Shown here piece after piece: positions 48,990 to 59,297 of a DNA stretch of 64,000 nt (its first letter is position 1; the number at the start of each line of letters is the position of its first letter). Where the stretch lies: NCBI GenBank assembly GCA_040901675.1, contig JBBDYJ010000038.1, positions 64,001-128,000 on the forward strand, given 5' to 3'. The translations under genes and the position numbers were made by a program. Below the pieces are notes generated by a model that saw only the letters and a program-made list of their open reading frames with translations, made no database searches and was not told the origin of the DNA. The DNA is from Pirellulales bacterium (GTDB lineage Bacteria > Planctomycetota > Planctomycetia > Pirellulales > JAICIG01).

Positions 48990-49198
48990 AGGCCGCTCTG
49001 AGGTCCGCCCAGGGCGGACGAGCAGTGCGGTAGTGCCACTGCTTGAAGGCCGCTCTAAGGCGGCCGCGAAGCAGTGCCGTTGGGGTGGCACATTCTGCCA
49101 CGGACTTACCACCGCCGGACGGACACTGCTTCTCGACCGCCGGCACGCCGGCTGTCTCCAAGCAGTGGCACGGAGAACAGCCTGCAGGCAGTGGCACA
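48976..49198. repeat. REP-like GTGCCACTGC...GCAGTGGCAC cluster
   Basis: GTGCCACTGCTTGAAGGCCGCTCT x2 plus inverted GCAGTGGCAC copies; the first overlaps the tyrS stop. Confidence 0.7.
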
Positions 49199-49285
49199 AC
49201 TCCCTTTCCTCCACCCCTCCAGCCTTCACCCGAATAATCGGCTGCCAGGACGCGCAAAGCGGCCCACCGGGGGGGTAAATCCGCA

Positions 49286-49314
49286 TTGACTCACCCCGCG
49301 GGCGCTCCTAGTAT
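49286..49314 (+). promoter_or_regulatory. Sigma70-type promoter
   Basis: TTGACT-N17-TAGTAT. Confidence 0.55.
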
Positions 49315-49443
49315 TTCCGAGCCCATGAGGGCCCGGAACGTCATGCTTTGAGCCGCCTGAGCGAACGGTTGCATCCCTTCTGGCCGACGGTTCAAGCGGC
49401 AGATTCTCAAATCCAAACCGTCGTTTCACGGCGCAGGCATCCC

Positions 49444-50193
49444 ATGAAGCTCCGTAATCTCACCGCGCTGGCAGGCGTGCTGGTGGCGACCCTGGCGGGT
49501 CTGCTGGGCTGGGGTTATTGGGCCAGCCGGCGAGTGCCTGACTTCTACGAAGCGGCCCTCGAAATCGGGCCGGCCGTGCAGCAGAGCGCCAACGACGAAC
49601 TGCTGGAGACGGCCACGGCCCTGGCCTCCGAGGCCCGCAAGGAGGGAAGTTGGCAGGCGCTGTTCACGGCCGAGCAGATTAACGGCTGGCTGGCGGTGGA
49701 CTTGGCGCGCAACTATCCCGATCTGTTGCCCAACGGTCTCAAGGAGCCACGCGTCAACATTCGGCCGGATCGGGTAACGATGGCCGGCCGGTACGTGGAT
49801 GGCGCGGTGGAGACGGTCATGTCTCTGGACGTCGAGGTCTACATGACGGGCCCGAACGTCCTCTCGTTGCGTCTGCACAATGCGCGGGCCGGCGCGATCC
49901 CCGTTCCCCTGGGACAGATCCTCAACGGACTGGCCCGCGCGGCCGCGGACGCCGAATTGGAGCTGCGGTGGCTGCAAACCAAGGGCGATCCGGTGGCGGT
50001 GGTCAGCTTTTTGCCGCCCCGCGATACGGATCACATCGTGTATCAGCTCGAGACGCTCGAGCTTCGCGAAGGCGAGATCTACGTAGCGGGCCGCACCACG
50101 CGGGGCGGCGCGGCGGACTCGCCGGTTTGGGAACCCGGCTTCAAGCCGGTGGCCATCGCGCCTGAGCTTTCCAGCAAGAGCCGCCAGCGCTGA
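49444..50193 (+). CDS. Membrane-anchored hypothetical protein
   Basis: N-terminal TM; FTAEQINGWLA motif; coding-like composition. Confidence 0.7.
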   Translation: MKLRNLTALAGVLVATLAGLLGWGYWASRRVPDFYEAALEIGPAVQQSANDELLETATALASEARKEGSWQALFTAEQINGWLAVDLARNYPDLLPNGLKEPRVNIRPDRVTMAGRYVDGAVETVMSLDVEVYMTGPNVLSLRLHNARAGAIPVPLGQILNGLARAAADAELELRWLQTKGDPVAVVSFLPPRDTDHIVYQLETLELREGEIYVAGRTTRGGAADSPVWEPGFKPVAIAPELSSKSRQR

Positions 50194-50534
50194 TCGGTCT
50201 CCGCCTGGCGCGTCAATCGCGCCCGGCCCCGCAGGCGCGTCCCGCACAGTTCGAAGACCAGTTCCCGGGACGTGCGGCCGAGCAGTTCGTACGTGCCGCG
50301 GTCCCAGCGCGTGACCGAGCCGCGGCCCCCGGAAATCGGCCCCTCGAAAACGAGGTAATCGAGCCGATGATCGCTGAGTGCCTCAGCGATCAGCACGGTC
50401 CCCGCCGCGGGCGGCTCGGGCAAGGACCAGGTGCGCAGCGTCCCGGAATCTTCATCTTCGAGCATGAAGTCCCAGTGCACGCCGCGCGGCTGGCCGGGAG
50501 GCAAATCGTGCCTGAGGACGACGAATTGGGGCAT
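50079..50534 (-). CDS. Stand-alone LigD N-terminal (phosphoesterase-like) domain protein
   Basis: FVVLRH, HWDFMLE, LRTWSL, DHRLDYLVFEG, GSVTRWDRGTY. Confidence 0.8.
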   Translation of the reverse strand: MPQFVVLRHDLPPGQPRGVHWDFMLEDEDSGTLRTWSLPEPPAAGTVLIAEALSDHRLDYLVFEGPISGGRGSVTRWDRGTYELLGRTSRELVFELCGTRLRGRARLTRQAETDQRWRLLLESSGAMATGLKPGSQTGESAAPPRVVRPAT

Positions 50535-50843
50535 GGACGAAGCCACTTTATTCTGGAGGCGAGTTGCAGCGCGACCGGCGCGCCCCGGCGATGCCATTCT
50601 ACCATGGCCTGGCGGGCTCTCCCGGCGAGTGGCTCGCAGGGAAAAGATTTCCGCCGCTAAAGCCAGTTGACGGATGCGCCCGCCGCGCGGACAATGATGC
50701 CTGACCCCGTCGTGGCGGCGAACGGCCCATTTTATTTCCCACCTTTTGGCCACGCGGTCACCGACGCTGCCCTGTGCGCGGCCGCCTCGTCTGCAAAGCT
50801 TCTGGCGTGCTTCGGTTGGCAAGATTCTTCGGGTAACCGATCT

Positions 50844-52391
50844 GTGACCGCGGCTTCCGTATTGATCATCGACGACGATAAGGCCACGCTGCTGGCCCTG
50901 CCGGAAAGCGTCCGCAACCGCCTTCCCGGCGTCAGCATCGACACCTGCGCATCGCCGCACATGGCGCTGACCCAGATCGCTTCCATCGATTACGACGCCA
51001 TCGTCAGCGACATTCTGATGCCCGAAATGGATGGCTTGACCCTGCTGGCCCGCATCAAGGCGCTGCGGCCCCAGACTCCCACGCTGGTCATTACCTCGCA
51101 CGATCGGCACGATTATGCCGTTGAGGCGCTGCGGAAAGGCGCCTACGACTTCATTCAGAAGCCGATCGACCAGGAGTATTTCGCCGCTTCGCTCGACCGC
51201 GCCATCCGGATGCGGCAACTAAGCCGGCAGCTCGAGGAACAGCGCCTCGCCCTGGCACAGCATGCCCAGGAGCTGGAACGCTCGCAGGAGGCGCTGCGCA
51301 ATCAAACGCGGATCCTGCAGTCGGTGCTCGACACCGCCCACGACGCCTTCATCTCCATTGACGGAAACAGCGTGATCCTCGACTGGAATCCCCAGGCCAA
51401 GTTGACCTTCGGCTGGTCGCGCGAGGAAGTGCTCGGCAGATCGTTGCCCGACACGATTATCCCCCACCGCTACCGCGAGGCCCACTGGCAGGGACTGCGG
51501 CGCTTTCTCGAAACCGAGCAGGGCCCGGTGCTCAACCGGCGGATCGAGCTGGCCGCGCTCCACCGGTCGGGCCGCGAGTTTCCAGTCGAGTTGACCATCG
51601 CCCCGGTGCGATTCGGATCGGAGTACCGCTTCAACGCCTTTGTACATGACATCACCGAGCGCAAGCGGAACGAACAAGCCTTGGCCCAGCGAGCCGAGGA
51701 GCTGGCCAGATCGAACCGGGATCTCGAGCAGTTCGCCTATGTCGCTTCGCACGACCTCCAAGAACCGCTGCGGATGGTGGCCGGCTATGTCAAGCTTCTG
51801 GCCCAGCGCTACCGGGGCAAGCTCGACGCGGACGCCGGCGAGTGCATCGACTATGCCGTCGACGGCGCCACCCGCATGCAACGCCTGATCAACGATTTAT
51901 TGGCGTACGCGCGCCTGGGCAACGGCGGCAAACCGCTCCAGCCCACCGATGGCGACGCGGTTCTGGCCGAGGCCCTTTCCAATCTGCAGGCGGCCATCCA
52001 GGAAACCGGCGCCGAGGTGACGCATTCGGCCCTGCCGGTCGTCGAGGCCGACGCGGGGCAATTGGTGCTCGTGTTCCAGAACTTGCTGTCAAATGCCCTC
52101 AAGTTTCGGGGGCCCGAGCCGCCACGGGTCCACGTGGAAGCGGTTCGCGAAGGACCGATGTGGCGGTTTTCCGTGCAAGATAATGGCATCGGCATCGAGC
52201 CGCGCTACTTCGAGCAGATCTTTCTTATTTTCAGCCGCTTACATGGTCGTGGGGAGTATCCGGGGACCGGCATTGGGCTGGCAATCTGCAAGAAGATTGT
52301 CCAGCGGCATGGCGGTTGCATTTGGCTCGACTCGCAACCGGGCCGGGGGGCGACCTTTTACTTTACGATCCCCGCCGCGGTCGGCGCATGA
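50844..52391 (+). CDS. Hybrid sensor kinase REC-PAS-HisKA-HATPase
   Basis: VLIIDDD, SDILMPEMDG, PAS, FAYVASHDLQEPLR, NALKF, GTGIGLAICK; promoter TTGACG-N17-GACAAT at 50667-50695. Confidence 0.92.
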   Translation: MTAASVLIIDDDKATLLALPESVRNRLPGVSIDTCASPHMALTQIASIDYDAIVSDILMPEMDGLTLLARIKALRPQTPTLVITSHDRHDYAVEALRKGAYDFIQKPIDQEYFAASLDRAIRMRQLSRQLEEQRLALAQHAQELERSQEALRNQTRILQSVLDTAHDAFISIDGNSVILDWNPQAKLTFGWSREEVLGRSLPDTIIPHRYREAHWQGLRRFLETEQGPVLNRRIELAALHRSGREFPVELTIAPVRFGSEYRFNAFVHDITERKRNEQALAQRAEELARSNRDLEQFAYVASHDLQEPLRMVAGYVKLLAQRYRGKLDADAGECIDYAVDGATRMQRLINDLLAYARLGNGGKPLQPTDGDAVLAEALSNLQAAIQETGAEVTHSALPVVEADAGQLVLVFQNLLSNALKFRGPEPPRVHVEAVREGPMWRFSVQDNGIGIEPRYFEQIFLIFSRLHGRGEYPGTGIGLAICKKIVQRHGGCIWLDSQPGRGATFYFTIPAAVGA

Positions 52392-52472
52392 TTCGGGCCG
52401 ACCGTGGTCTCCCCAGGACGACGTGACCGCCATCGTCATCACGGTGGCCTGAACGGGGGGCATTGGAATAGC

Positions 52473-53894
52473 TCACGCCAGAATCCGACGCACGACGGTG
52501 CCGTGGACGTCGGTCAGGCGGAAGTCGCGGCCGCTGTAGCGGTAGGTGAGCTGCTCGTGGTCGAGGCCCATCAAGTGCAGGATGGTGGCGTGCAGGTCGT
52601 GGACGTGGACGCGGTCCTCCACCGCCACGAAGCCCAGCTCGTCGGTGGCGCCGTACACCATCCCGCCACGCACGCCCCCGCCGGCCAGCCACATGCTGAA
52701 ACCCAGCGCGTGGTGGTCCCGCCCCTTGTCCCCCTCCGACTGCGGCGTGCGGCCGAACTCGCCGCCCCACAGGACCAGCGTCTCGTCCAACAGTCCGCGC
52801 CGCTTGAGGTCCTGCAACAAGGCCGCTATCGGCCGGTCGCTCTGCTGGGCATGCTTCTGGTGATTGGCGATGTCCTGGTGATCATCCCAAGGCTGGCCGT
52901 CGCCGTAGTAGAGCTGCACCACCCGCACGCCACGCTCGACCAGGCGCCGGGCCAACAGGCAGCCCTGGGCGAACTCGCCGTCGCCGTAGCGGGCGCGGGT
53001 GGCCGCCGTCTCGCGGCCCAGGTCGAATGCTTCCTGGGCCTCGCCCTGCATGCGGAAAGCGACCTCCAGCGACGCGATCCGGCTTTCAAGCTGTTCGTCG
53101 GGCCCGCGCTCGGCCAGGTGACGCTTGTTCATCCGCTCGAGCAGGCCGAGCTGCTCGCGCTGCTGGGCGGGTGAGAGATAGCGGTTCTCGACGTCGCGGA
53201 TGATCGTGCGGGGATCGATTCGCGCGTTGTCGATCTGCGTGCCTTGATAAATGCCCGGCAGGAAACTGTTGCTCCAAAGCTGCGGCCCCACCACCGGCTT
53301 TCCGGGACAGAGCACCACGTAGCCGGGCAGGTTCTGGTTCTCGCTGCCCAAGGCATACGTGAGCCACGACCCCATGCTGGGCCGGATAGGCTGCATGTTG
53401 CCGGAGTTCATCATCAACAGGCCCGGCTCGTGGTTGGGGTTGTCGGTGTGCATCGAGCGGATCACGCAGATGTCGTCGATGCAGCCGGCCACCTCGGGGA
53501 ACAGCTCGGTGACTTCGATGCCCGCTGCACCGTGCGGCCGTGCCTTGAACGGCGAGGCGAGCAACTTGCCCTTGCGGCGCCGCAGCAGCTTGGAGTTGAT
53601 CGAGTCGGGCACGTCCTCGCCGGCCCGCTTCTCCAGGACCGGCTTGGGATCGAAGGTGTCGACGTGCGACGGCCCGCCGTTCATGAACAGGAAGATCAGC
53701 CGCCGGGCCCGCGGTTCGAAATGCGGCGGCTTGGGAGCCAGCGGATTGGAATCGGCCGAGCCGGCCCGGCCGGTTTCCGCCAGCGCGCCGTCGCGGGCCA
53801 GCACCGAGGCCAGCCCCAGCGCTCCGAATCCGCCACCAATCCGGCACAGCCAGTCGCGGCGGGACAACGAATGATAGAAGTTGCGGCCGTTCAT
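52473..53894 (-). CDS. DUF1501 family protein
   Basis: SRRDWL, FMNGGPSHVDTFDPKP, WDDH, GEFGRTP, GRDHH. Confidence 0.92.
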   Translation of the reverse strand: MNGRNFYHSLSRRDWLCRIGGGFGALGLASVLARDGALAETGRAGSADSNPLAPKPPHFEPRARRLIFLFMNGGPSHVDTFDPKPVLEKRAGEDVPDSINSKLLRRRKGKLLASPFKARPHGAAGIEVTELFPEVAGCIDDICVIRSMHTDNPNHEPGLLMMNSGNMQPIRPSMGSWLTYALGSENQNLPGYVVLCPGKPVVGPQLWSNSFLPGIYQGTQIDNARIDPRTIIRDVENRYLSPAQQREQLGLLERMNKRHLAERGPDEQLESRIASLEVAFRMQGEAQEAFDLGRETAATRARYGDGEFAQGCLLARRLVERGVRVVQLYYGDGQPWDDHQDIANHQKHAQQSDRPIAALLQDLKRRGLLDETLVLWGGEFGRTPQSEGDKGRDHHALGFSMWLAGGGVRGGMVYGATDELGFVAVEDRVHVHDLHATILHLMGLDHEQLTYRYSGRDFRLTDVHGTVVRRILA

Positions 53895-53910
53895 GAGTCG
53901 TCCTCTACCG

Positions 53911-56193
53911 TCAGTCGATAAACATGAATTCGTTGGCGCCCAGCAAAGTCTGCGCATACCGGGCCCAGCGCGACATGCGGCCGTTGGCCGGGCCGCCATT
54001 GGCCGGGCCCCCGTTGGCCCCAGCGCGGTCCGCCGGTTCGTCCCGGCCGAGGAACTCCAGGCCCCATCGCATTTCTTCGCCCGTGGCCGGGCGGCCGAAG
54101 GCCAGCAGATAGGCCTGCCGGATGCGGGCAGCCTCGTCATCATGGCCGGCCCTCAGGCGGGCCGCCAGGGCCTGTGCACTCTTGACCATGAACTCGCTGT
54201 TCAGCACGAACAACTGCTGCAAAGGCACGGTGGTCACGGACCGCTCGTCGCTGGTGATGTTCGGATCGGGGAAGTCGAACAACCGCAAGAGCGGGTCCAG
54301 GTCATGCCGGCTGACGGCGCCATAGAGCGTGCGCCGGCAGTTCTCCGGGGAGGCCAGGTCGCCGGATGGTCCGCCGATCTTGCGGTCGAGGGCGCCGGCC
54401 GCCAGCATGGCGTCGCGCCAACTCTCGACGTCGAGCCGCCGCCGGTTCATCCGCCACAACAGGCGGTTGTCCGGGTCGATTTCCCAACTGCGCTGATCGA
54501 ACCGGCTCGCTTGCCGGAACGTGGCCGAGAGCAGGATCTCGCGGTGCAGATTCTTCAGCGACCAGCCCGACTCCATGAACCGGGTGGCGAGATAGTCGAG
54601 CAGCTCCGGGTGCGTGGGCGGCTCGCCCAGCGCCCCAAAGTTGCCGCTGGAGCGCACCAGCCCCTTGCCGAAATGGTGCTTCCAGACTCGGTTCACCAGC
54701 ACGCGGGCCGTGAGCGGGTTGCCTTTGTCGGCAATGGCACGCGCCAGCTCGAGCCGCCCGCTCCCCTGGCTGAAGTGTGGGCCCTCGCCGGCCAGGATCG
54801 AAGGGAAACGGCGCGGCGCTTCGTCGCCCAGCGTGTCGGGATTGCCGCGGAGGTGGACCCGCATGGCCACCGGCTCGGCCGCGTCGCGCAGGGCATGGAT
54901 ATGGGGATACTTCTTGGGGCGGTTCCTCCGCTTCTTCTCCTCTTCGCCGAGCGTGCTGTCGGCCGCCTTCACGTCCTCGTCGGAAACGAGCGGCACATCG
55001 ACCTGCTCGCTGCTGGCGAACACGCCGGCCAGGGCGTAGTAATCCTCCGACGAAATCGGATCGTACTTGTGATCGTGGCAACGGGCGCAGGCCACGGTCA
55101 GCCCCAAAAACCCGCGGCTGAGCGTGTCGATGCGATCGTCGATCTGGTCGAGCTTCTTCGGGTCGCCATAGTAGACGGGCCCCAAGGCAAAATAGCCGAG
55201 CGCCGGCAGATTCTTCAAGCGGTCCGGCGCGTCCAACAGGTCGGCGGCGATCTGCTCCATGATAAAGCGGTCGTAGGGCAGGTCGTCGTTGAAGGCCCGA
55301 ATCAGCCAGTCGCGGTAGCGATAGCCCTGCGGGTACTTGCGGGCCTCGAACGTATGCGCCTGGTCTTCGCCGTAGCGGGCCACGTCGAGCCAATGGCGGG
55401 CCCAGCGTTCGCCGTAATGGGGCGAGCCGAGCAGGCGGTCCACGACGCGGTCCAAAGCCTCCGGCGAGTCATCGGCCAAAAACGAGTCGATCTCCTCCGG
55501 GGACGGCGGCAAACCCGTGAGATTGAAAGTCACCCTCCGCAGCAGCGCCCGCTTGTCGGCCGGCGGCGAAGGCGCGAGCCCCGCCTCTTCCAGTTTGGCC
55601 AGTACGAAGAAGTCGAGCTCGCTCCACGGCCAGGACGAATCGTGGACCGCCGGGGGCGGCGGATCGCCGATCGGCCGGAACGACCAGAACTGCCGGTCCT
55701 CCGGGGTGATCTGAAACCCCTGCGGATCGGCGGCCGATCGCGGCTCGACAGCCGCTTCGGGCCAAGCTGCACCGCGTCGGACCCACTCGGTCAGGGCCGC
55801 GATCTGGACGGCTTCCAGCTTGCCCTTGGGCGGCATCTGCGGCCCATCTCCATAATGGATGGCCGTGACCAGCAGGCTCCCATCGGGTTGGCTCGGCACG
55901 ACGGCGGGCCCGGAGTCTCCGCCGGCCAGCACGGCGGCCCGCGAGTCGAGCCGCAGGCCTGCCTGCTGTTTGTCCGCGCCGTGGCACTCGTGGCAATGGG
56001 CGACCAGAATAGGACGAACGTTCGCTTCGAAAAACCTGGCATCCGCTTCGGCGGGCAGCTCAGTGTCGTCGGCGCCCGCGCCCGGCGTAAAGCAAAGGGC
56101 CAGCGCAACGATCACGGCGGCGGCCCTCGCAGCCGGCCGCCTGAGGAGCGCCGTGAGCGGTTCGACTCGCGCGGTGGGGGCTGCACGCAGCAT
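53911..56193 (-). CDS. Planctomycete cytochrome c + PSD1 (DUF1549/DUF1553) protein
   Basis: FFEANVRPILVAHCHECH, YGERWARHWLDVARY, CARCHDHKYD, PTHPELLDYLA. Confidence 0.92.
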   Translation of the reverse strand: MLRAAPTARVEPLTALLRRPAARAAAVIVALALCFTPGAGADDTELPAEADARFFEANVRPILVAHCHECHGADKQQAGLRLDSRAAVLAGGDSGPAVVPSQPDGSLLVTAIHYGDGPQMPPKGKLEAVQIAALTEWVRRGAAWPEAAVEPRSAADPQGFQITPEDRQFWSFRPIGDPPPPAVHDSSWPWSELDFFVLAKLEEAGLAPSPPADKRALLRRVTFNLTGLPPSPEEIDSFLADDSPEALDRVVDRLLGSPHYGERWARHWLDVARYGEDQAHTFEARKYPQGYRYRDWLIRAFNDDLPYDRFIMEQIAADLLDAPDRLKNLPALGYFALGPVYYGDPKKLDQIDDRIDTLSRGFLGLTVACARCHDHKYDPISSEDYYALAGVFASSEQVDVPLVSDEDVKAADSTLGEEEKKRRNRPKKYPHIHALRDAAEPVAMRVHLRGNPDTLGDEAPRRFPSILAGEGPHFSQGSGRLELARAIADKGNPLTARVLVNRVWKHHFGKGLVRSSGNFGALGEPPTHPELLDYLATRFMESGWSLKNLHREILLSATFRQASRFDQRSWEIDPDNRLLWRMNRRRLDVESWRDAMLAAGALDRKIGGPSGDLASPENCRRTLYGAVSRHDLDPLLRLFDFPDPNITSDERSVTTVPLQQLFVLNSEFMVKSAQALAARLRAGHDDEAARIRQAYLLAFGRPATGEEMRWGLEFLGRDEPADRAGANGGPANGGPANGRMSRWARYAQTLLGANEFMFID

Positions 56194-56440
56194 CGCGGCT
56201 CCAGGGTGGGTTTTGCACTCAGCAGGCCGGCGGGCGGCCGGGCGGCCAGTGACCAGGATACCACTGCCTGGGGCCGTTTGTCACGCCCGAAGGCGTGCAA
56301 CTTCGAGTAGACCCGATCGATGTCCCGTAGCCGGCGCGCGTCAGAATTCGGACCGCAGCGAATTTCCCAGAACTCTGGCGAGTCCTGCTAACCCACGACG
56401 CGACGCGCTCTCCCACTTGCGGAAGAAATTGGGTTCCCTC

Positions 56441-57829
56441 TCAGCCGTGCAGGGCACGCTTGTCGACGGCCAGGGCGGCCTCTTTCATCGCCTCCGCCAG
56501 CGTGGGATGGGCGTGGCTGGTGCGGGCGATGTCCTCGCTGGTGGCACCGAACTCGATGGCCGCGGCTGCCTCGGCAATCAGATCGCCGGCACGCGGGCCG
56601 ATGATGTGGACGCCAAGAATGCGGTCGGTCTTGGCGTCGGCCAGAATCTTCACCTGCCCCTCGGCGTACGCGAGCACGCGGGCGCGTGCGTTGCCGCGGA
56701 ACGAAAAGATGCCCTTGCGGTAAGCGATTCCCTGCTCGTCCAACTGCTCCGCGGTGCGCCCCACGCTGGCAATCTCCGGCTGCGTGTAAACCACGTTGGG
56801 GATCGCATCGTAGTTCACGTGCCCATAGCCGGTCACAATCCGTTCCACGCAGGCAATGCCTTCGTCCTCGGCCTTGTGCGCCAACATGGGGCCGCGGATC
56901 ACGTCGCCGATCGCATAAACCCCCTCGATGTTGGTCTGGAAATGGTCGCTGACCACGATCCGGCCGGACTTGTCGATCTCGACGCCCGCCGCATCCAGCG
57001 CCAGGCCGTCGGTGTTGGGCACTCGGCCCACCGCCACGAGCACCCGGTCGCAACGAAGCGGCTCCTGCCCCTCCGCCTCGACGACGGCGCCCTGCTTGCG
57101 GGCGCGGGCGGCGGTGACCCGCGTCGATAGCCGCAACTCGATCCCCTGCTTGGCAAAAATCTTGGCGGCCTGGCCGGCTGTTTCGCCGTCCATTTCCGGC
57201 AGGATGCGGTCCAGGTATTCCAACACGGTCACCTTGGCTCCCAACCGCCGCCAAACGGAGCCCAGCTCCAGCCCGATCGCCCCGGCGCCGATGACGACCA
57301 GGTGCCCCGGAACTTTGTCGTAGGCCAAGGCCTCAGTGCTGGTGCCGATGTACTCGTCGTCGAACTCGACCCCCTGGAGACCGCGCGGCTTGCTGCCGGT
57401 GGCGATGATGATGTGTTTGGCTTCGAGCTGAACGGGTTTCTTCCCCTCGACGGCGAGCCGGCCGGCCGACTCGAAGCGGGCCTGCCCCTGGTAACGCGTA
57501 ATCTTCCGCTGCTTCAGGAGTGCCTCGACACCCTTGGCCAGGCCGCCGACGATCTTGTCCTTGCGGGACTGCATGGCGGCCAGGTCCAGCTCGACGCCGC
57601 GGCAGCGGACGCCGTGCGCGGCAAGGCTCTCCTGGGCCTCGTGGTACAGCTCGCTCGACTCCAACAGGGCCTTGCTGGGGATGCAGCCGATCCGCAGGCA
57701 GGTGCCCCCCAGGGCGGCCTCTTTCTCGATGCAGCCGACGTTGAGCCCGAGCTGGGCAGCGCGGATGGCGGCCACGTAGCCGCCCGGGCCGGCGCCGATG
57801 ACGATCAGGTCGTGCTGTTGGCGTGTCAC
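56441..57829 (-). CDS. lpdA: Dihydrolipoamide dehydrogenase (E3)
   Basis: GAGPGGYVAA, GGTCLRIGCIPSK, HAHPTLAE. Confidence 0.96.
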   Translation of the reverse strand: MTRQQHDLIVIGAGPGGYVAAIRAAQLGLNVGCIEKEAALGGTCLRIGCIPSKALLESSELYHEAQESLAAHGVRCRGVELDLAAMQSRKDKIVGGLAKGVEALLKQRKITRYQGQARFESAGRLAVEGKKPVQLEAKHIIIATGSKPRGLQGVEFDDEYIGTSTEALAYDKVPGHLVVIGAGAIGLELGSVWRRLGAKVTVLEYLDRILPEMDGETAGQAAKIFAKQGIELRLSTRVTAARARKQGAVVEAEGQEPLRCDRVLVAVGRVPNTDGLALDAAGVEIDKSGRIVVSDHFQTNIEGVYAIGDVIRGPMLAHKAEDEGIACVERIVTGYGHVNYDAIPNVVYTQPEIASVGRTAEQLDEQGIAYRKGIFSFRGNARARVLAYAEGQVKILADAKTDRILGVHIIGPRAGDLIAEAAAAIEFGATSEDIARTSHAHPTLAEAMKEAALAVDKRALHG

Positions 57830-57861
57830 GCGGTGCGGGCTCTGGTCAACGTGGCGGTGGG

Positions 57862-59268
57862 TCAGACTTCGAGCAGCATGCGGGAGGGCTCTTCGATGCA
57901 GTCCTTGACGTGCCGCAGGAAGAGCACGGCCTCGCGGCCGTCGACGATGCGGTGGTCGTAGGTCAAGGCGACGTACATCATGGGCCGGATGACCACCTGG
58001 CCGTCGCGGGCGACCGGCCGGTCCTGGATGGCGTGCAGCCCCAGGATGCCGCTTTGCGGAGGATTGACGATGGGCGTCGAGAGCAGCGAACCGTAGACGC
58101 CGCCGTTGGAGATCGTGAACGTGCCGCCTTCGAGCTCGTTCAGCTTGAGCTTGTTCTGGCGGGCGCGGCCGGCCAGATCGGCGATGGCCTGCTCGATCTC
58201 GGCGAAGCTCATCTCGTCGGCGGCGCGCAGCACCGGCACGACCAGCCCCTTGCCGCCCGCCACGGCGATGCCGATATCGAAATAGTTGTGGTACACGATG
58301 TCGGTGTCGCGGATCTCGGCGTTGACCTGCGGGGTTTCCTTGAGCGCCTCGATGACCGCCTTGACGAAAAACGACATGAAGCCCAGCTTGACGCCGTACC
58401 TCTCCTGGAACGACTCCTTGTGCTGCTGCCGCAGCGACATCACGGCCGACATGTCGATCTCGTTGAACGTGGTCAAGAGTGCCGCGACGCGCTGGGCCTC
58501 GACCAGCCGCTCGGCCACGCGCTTGCGCAGCGGGCTCATCGGCACCACTTCGTCTTCGCGCTCGGCAGCCGCCTCCCGCGGGCGCACGGCCGGTTCGGTT
58601 GCGTGGGCTTGGCGGCCGTCGCCGCTTCGCTCGACGTGGCGCTCGACGTCCTCCTTGAGCAGCCGGCCGCCCGGTCCGCTGGCTTCGACCTGCTCTGCTC
58701 GCAGGCCGTGCTCGGCCAGCGCCCGGCGTGCCGCCGGCATGACGTGCGCCGGGCGCGGGGCCTTTTGGTCTTCCTTTGGTTCGGCCGGCGGGGGCGGTGC
58801 CTCGGCACGAGCTGGTTCGCCGCGCGGCTCGCCTGGCGGTGTCTCGCGGCGGGGCTCCTGCCGCGCGGAGTCTTTTCGCGCGGGCCGCAGCTCTTGCTGG
58901 GCGCGCTCGAGCTCGGCGGGAGGCTGTTCGGGGGCGGGCGCGACGGCGGACGAATCCCTAGCTTGCGCCCCTCGACGGGCTCGGGGCGGGTCGAGCCCGC
59001 CGAGACCCGCGTCGGGTTGGTGTGGGTCCTTGGAGGCTTCCAGGTAGCCGATCACTTCGCCGACGTTGGCGGTTTGACCTTGGCCTTTGAGCACGCGGGC
59101 CACGGTGCCTGCCTGCGGCGCGAGCAGCTCGACGGTGGCCTTGTCCGATTCGATCTCGACGAGCGGCTGGTCCTTGTCAGCCCACTCTCCCTCGCCCTTC
59201 AGCCATTGGCCTATCTGGACTTCGGTAATCGATTCGCCCACGGTGGGCACTTTGAGCTCGATCGGCAT
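57862..59268 (-). CDS. sucB: 2-oxoglutarate dehydrogenase E2
   Basis: Lipoyl [23 protein letters not shown]. Confidence 0.95.
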   Translation of the reverse strand: MPIELKVPTVGESITEVQIGQWLKGEGEWADKDQPLVEIESDKATVELLAPQAGTVARVLKGQGQTANVGEVIGYLEASKDPHQPDAGLGGLDPPRARRGAQARDSSAVAPAPEQPPAELERAQQELRPARKDSARQEPRRETPPGEPRGEPARAEAPPPPAEPKEDQKAPRPAHVMPAARRALAEHGLRAEQVEASGPGGRLLKEDVERHVERSGDGRQAHATEPAVRPREAAAEREDEVVPMSPLRKRVAERLVEAQRVAALLTTFNEIDMSAVMSLRQQHKESFQERYGVKLGFMSFFVKAVIEALKETPQVNAEIRDTDIVYHNYFDIGIAVAGGKGLVVPVLRAADEMSFAEIEQAIADLAGRARQNKLKLNELEGGTFTISNGGVYGSLLSTPIVNPPQSGILGLHAIQDRPVARDGQVVIRPMMYVALTYDHRIVDGREAVLFLRHVKDCIEEPSRMLLEV

Positions 59269-59297
59269 GGCCGCGCTTCTCGTTGCTGTCGGTTGAA

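Noticed and set aside
50079..50193. 115-bp convergent overlap between the LigD-N gene and the upstream hypothetical gene
   Set aside because: The overlap lies in a low-information tail beyond the domain; most likely a drifted stop codon.
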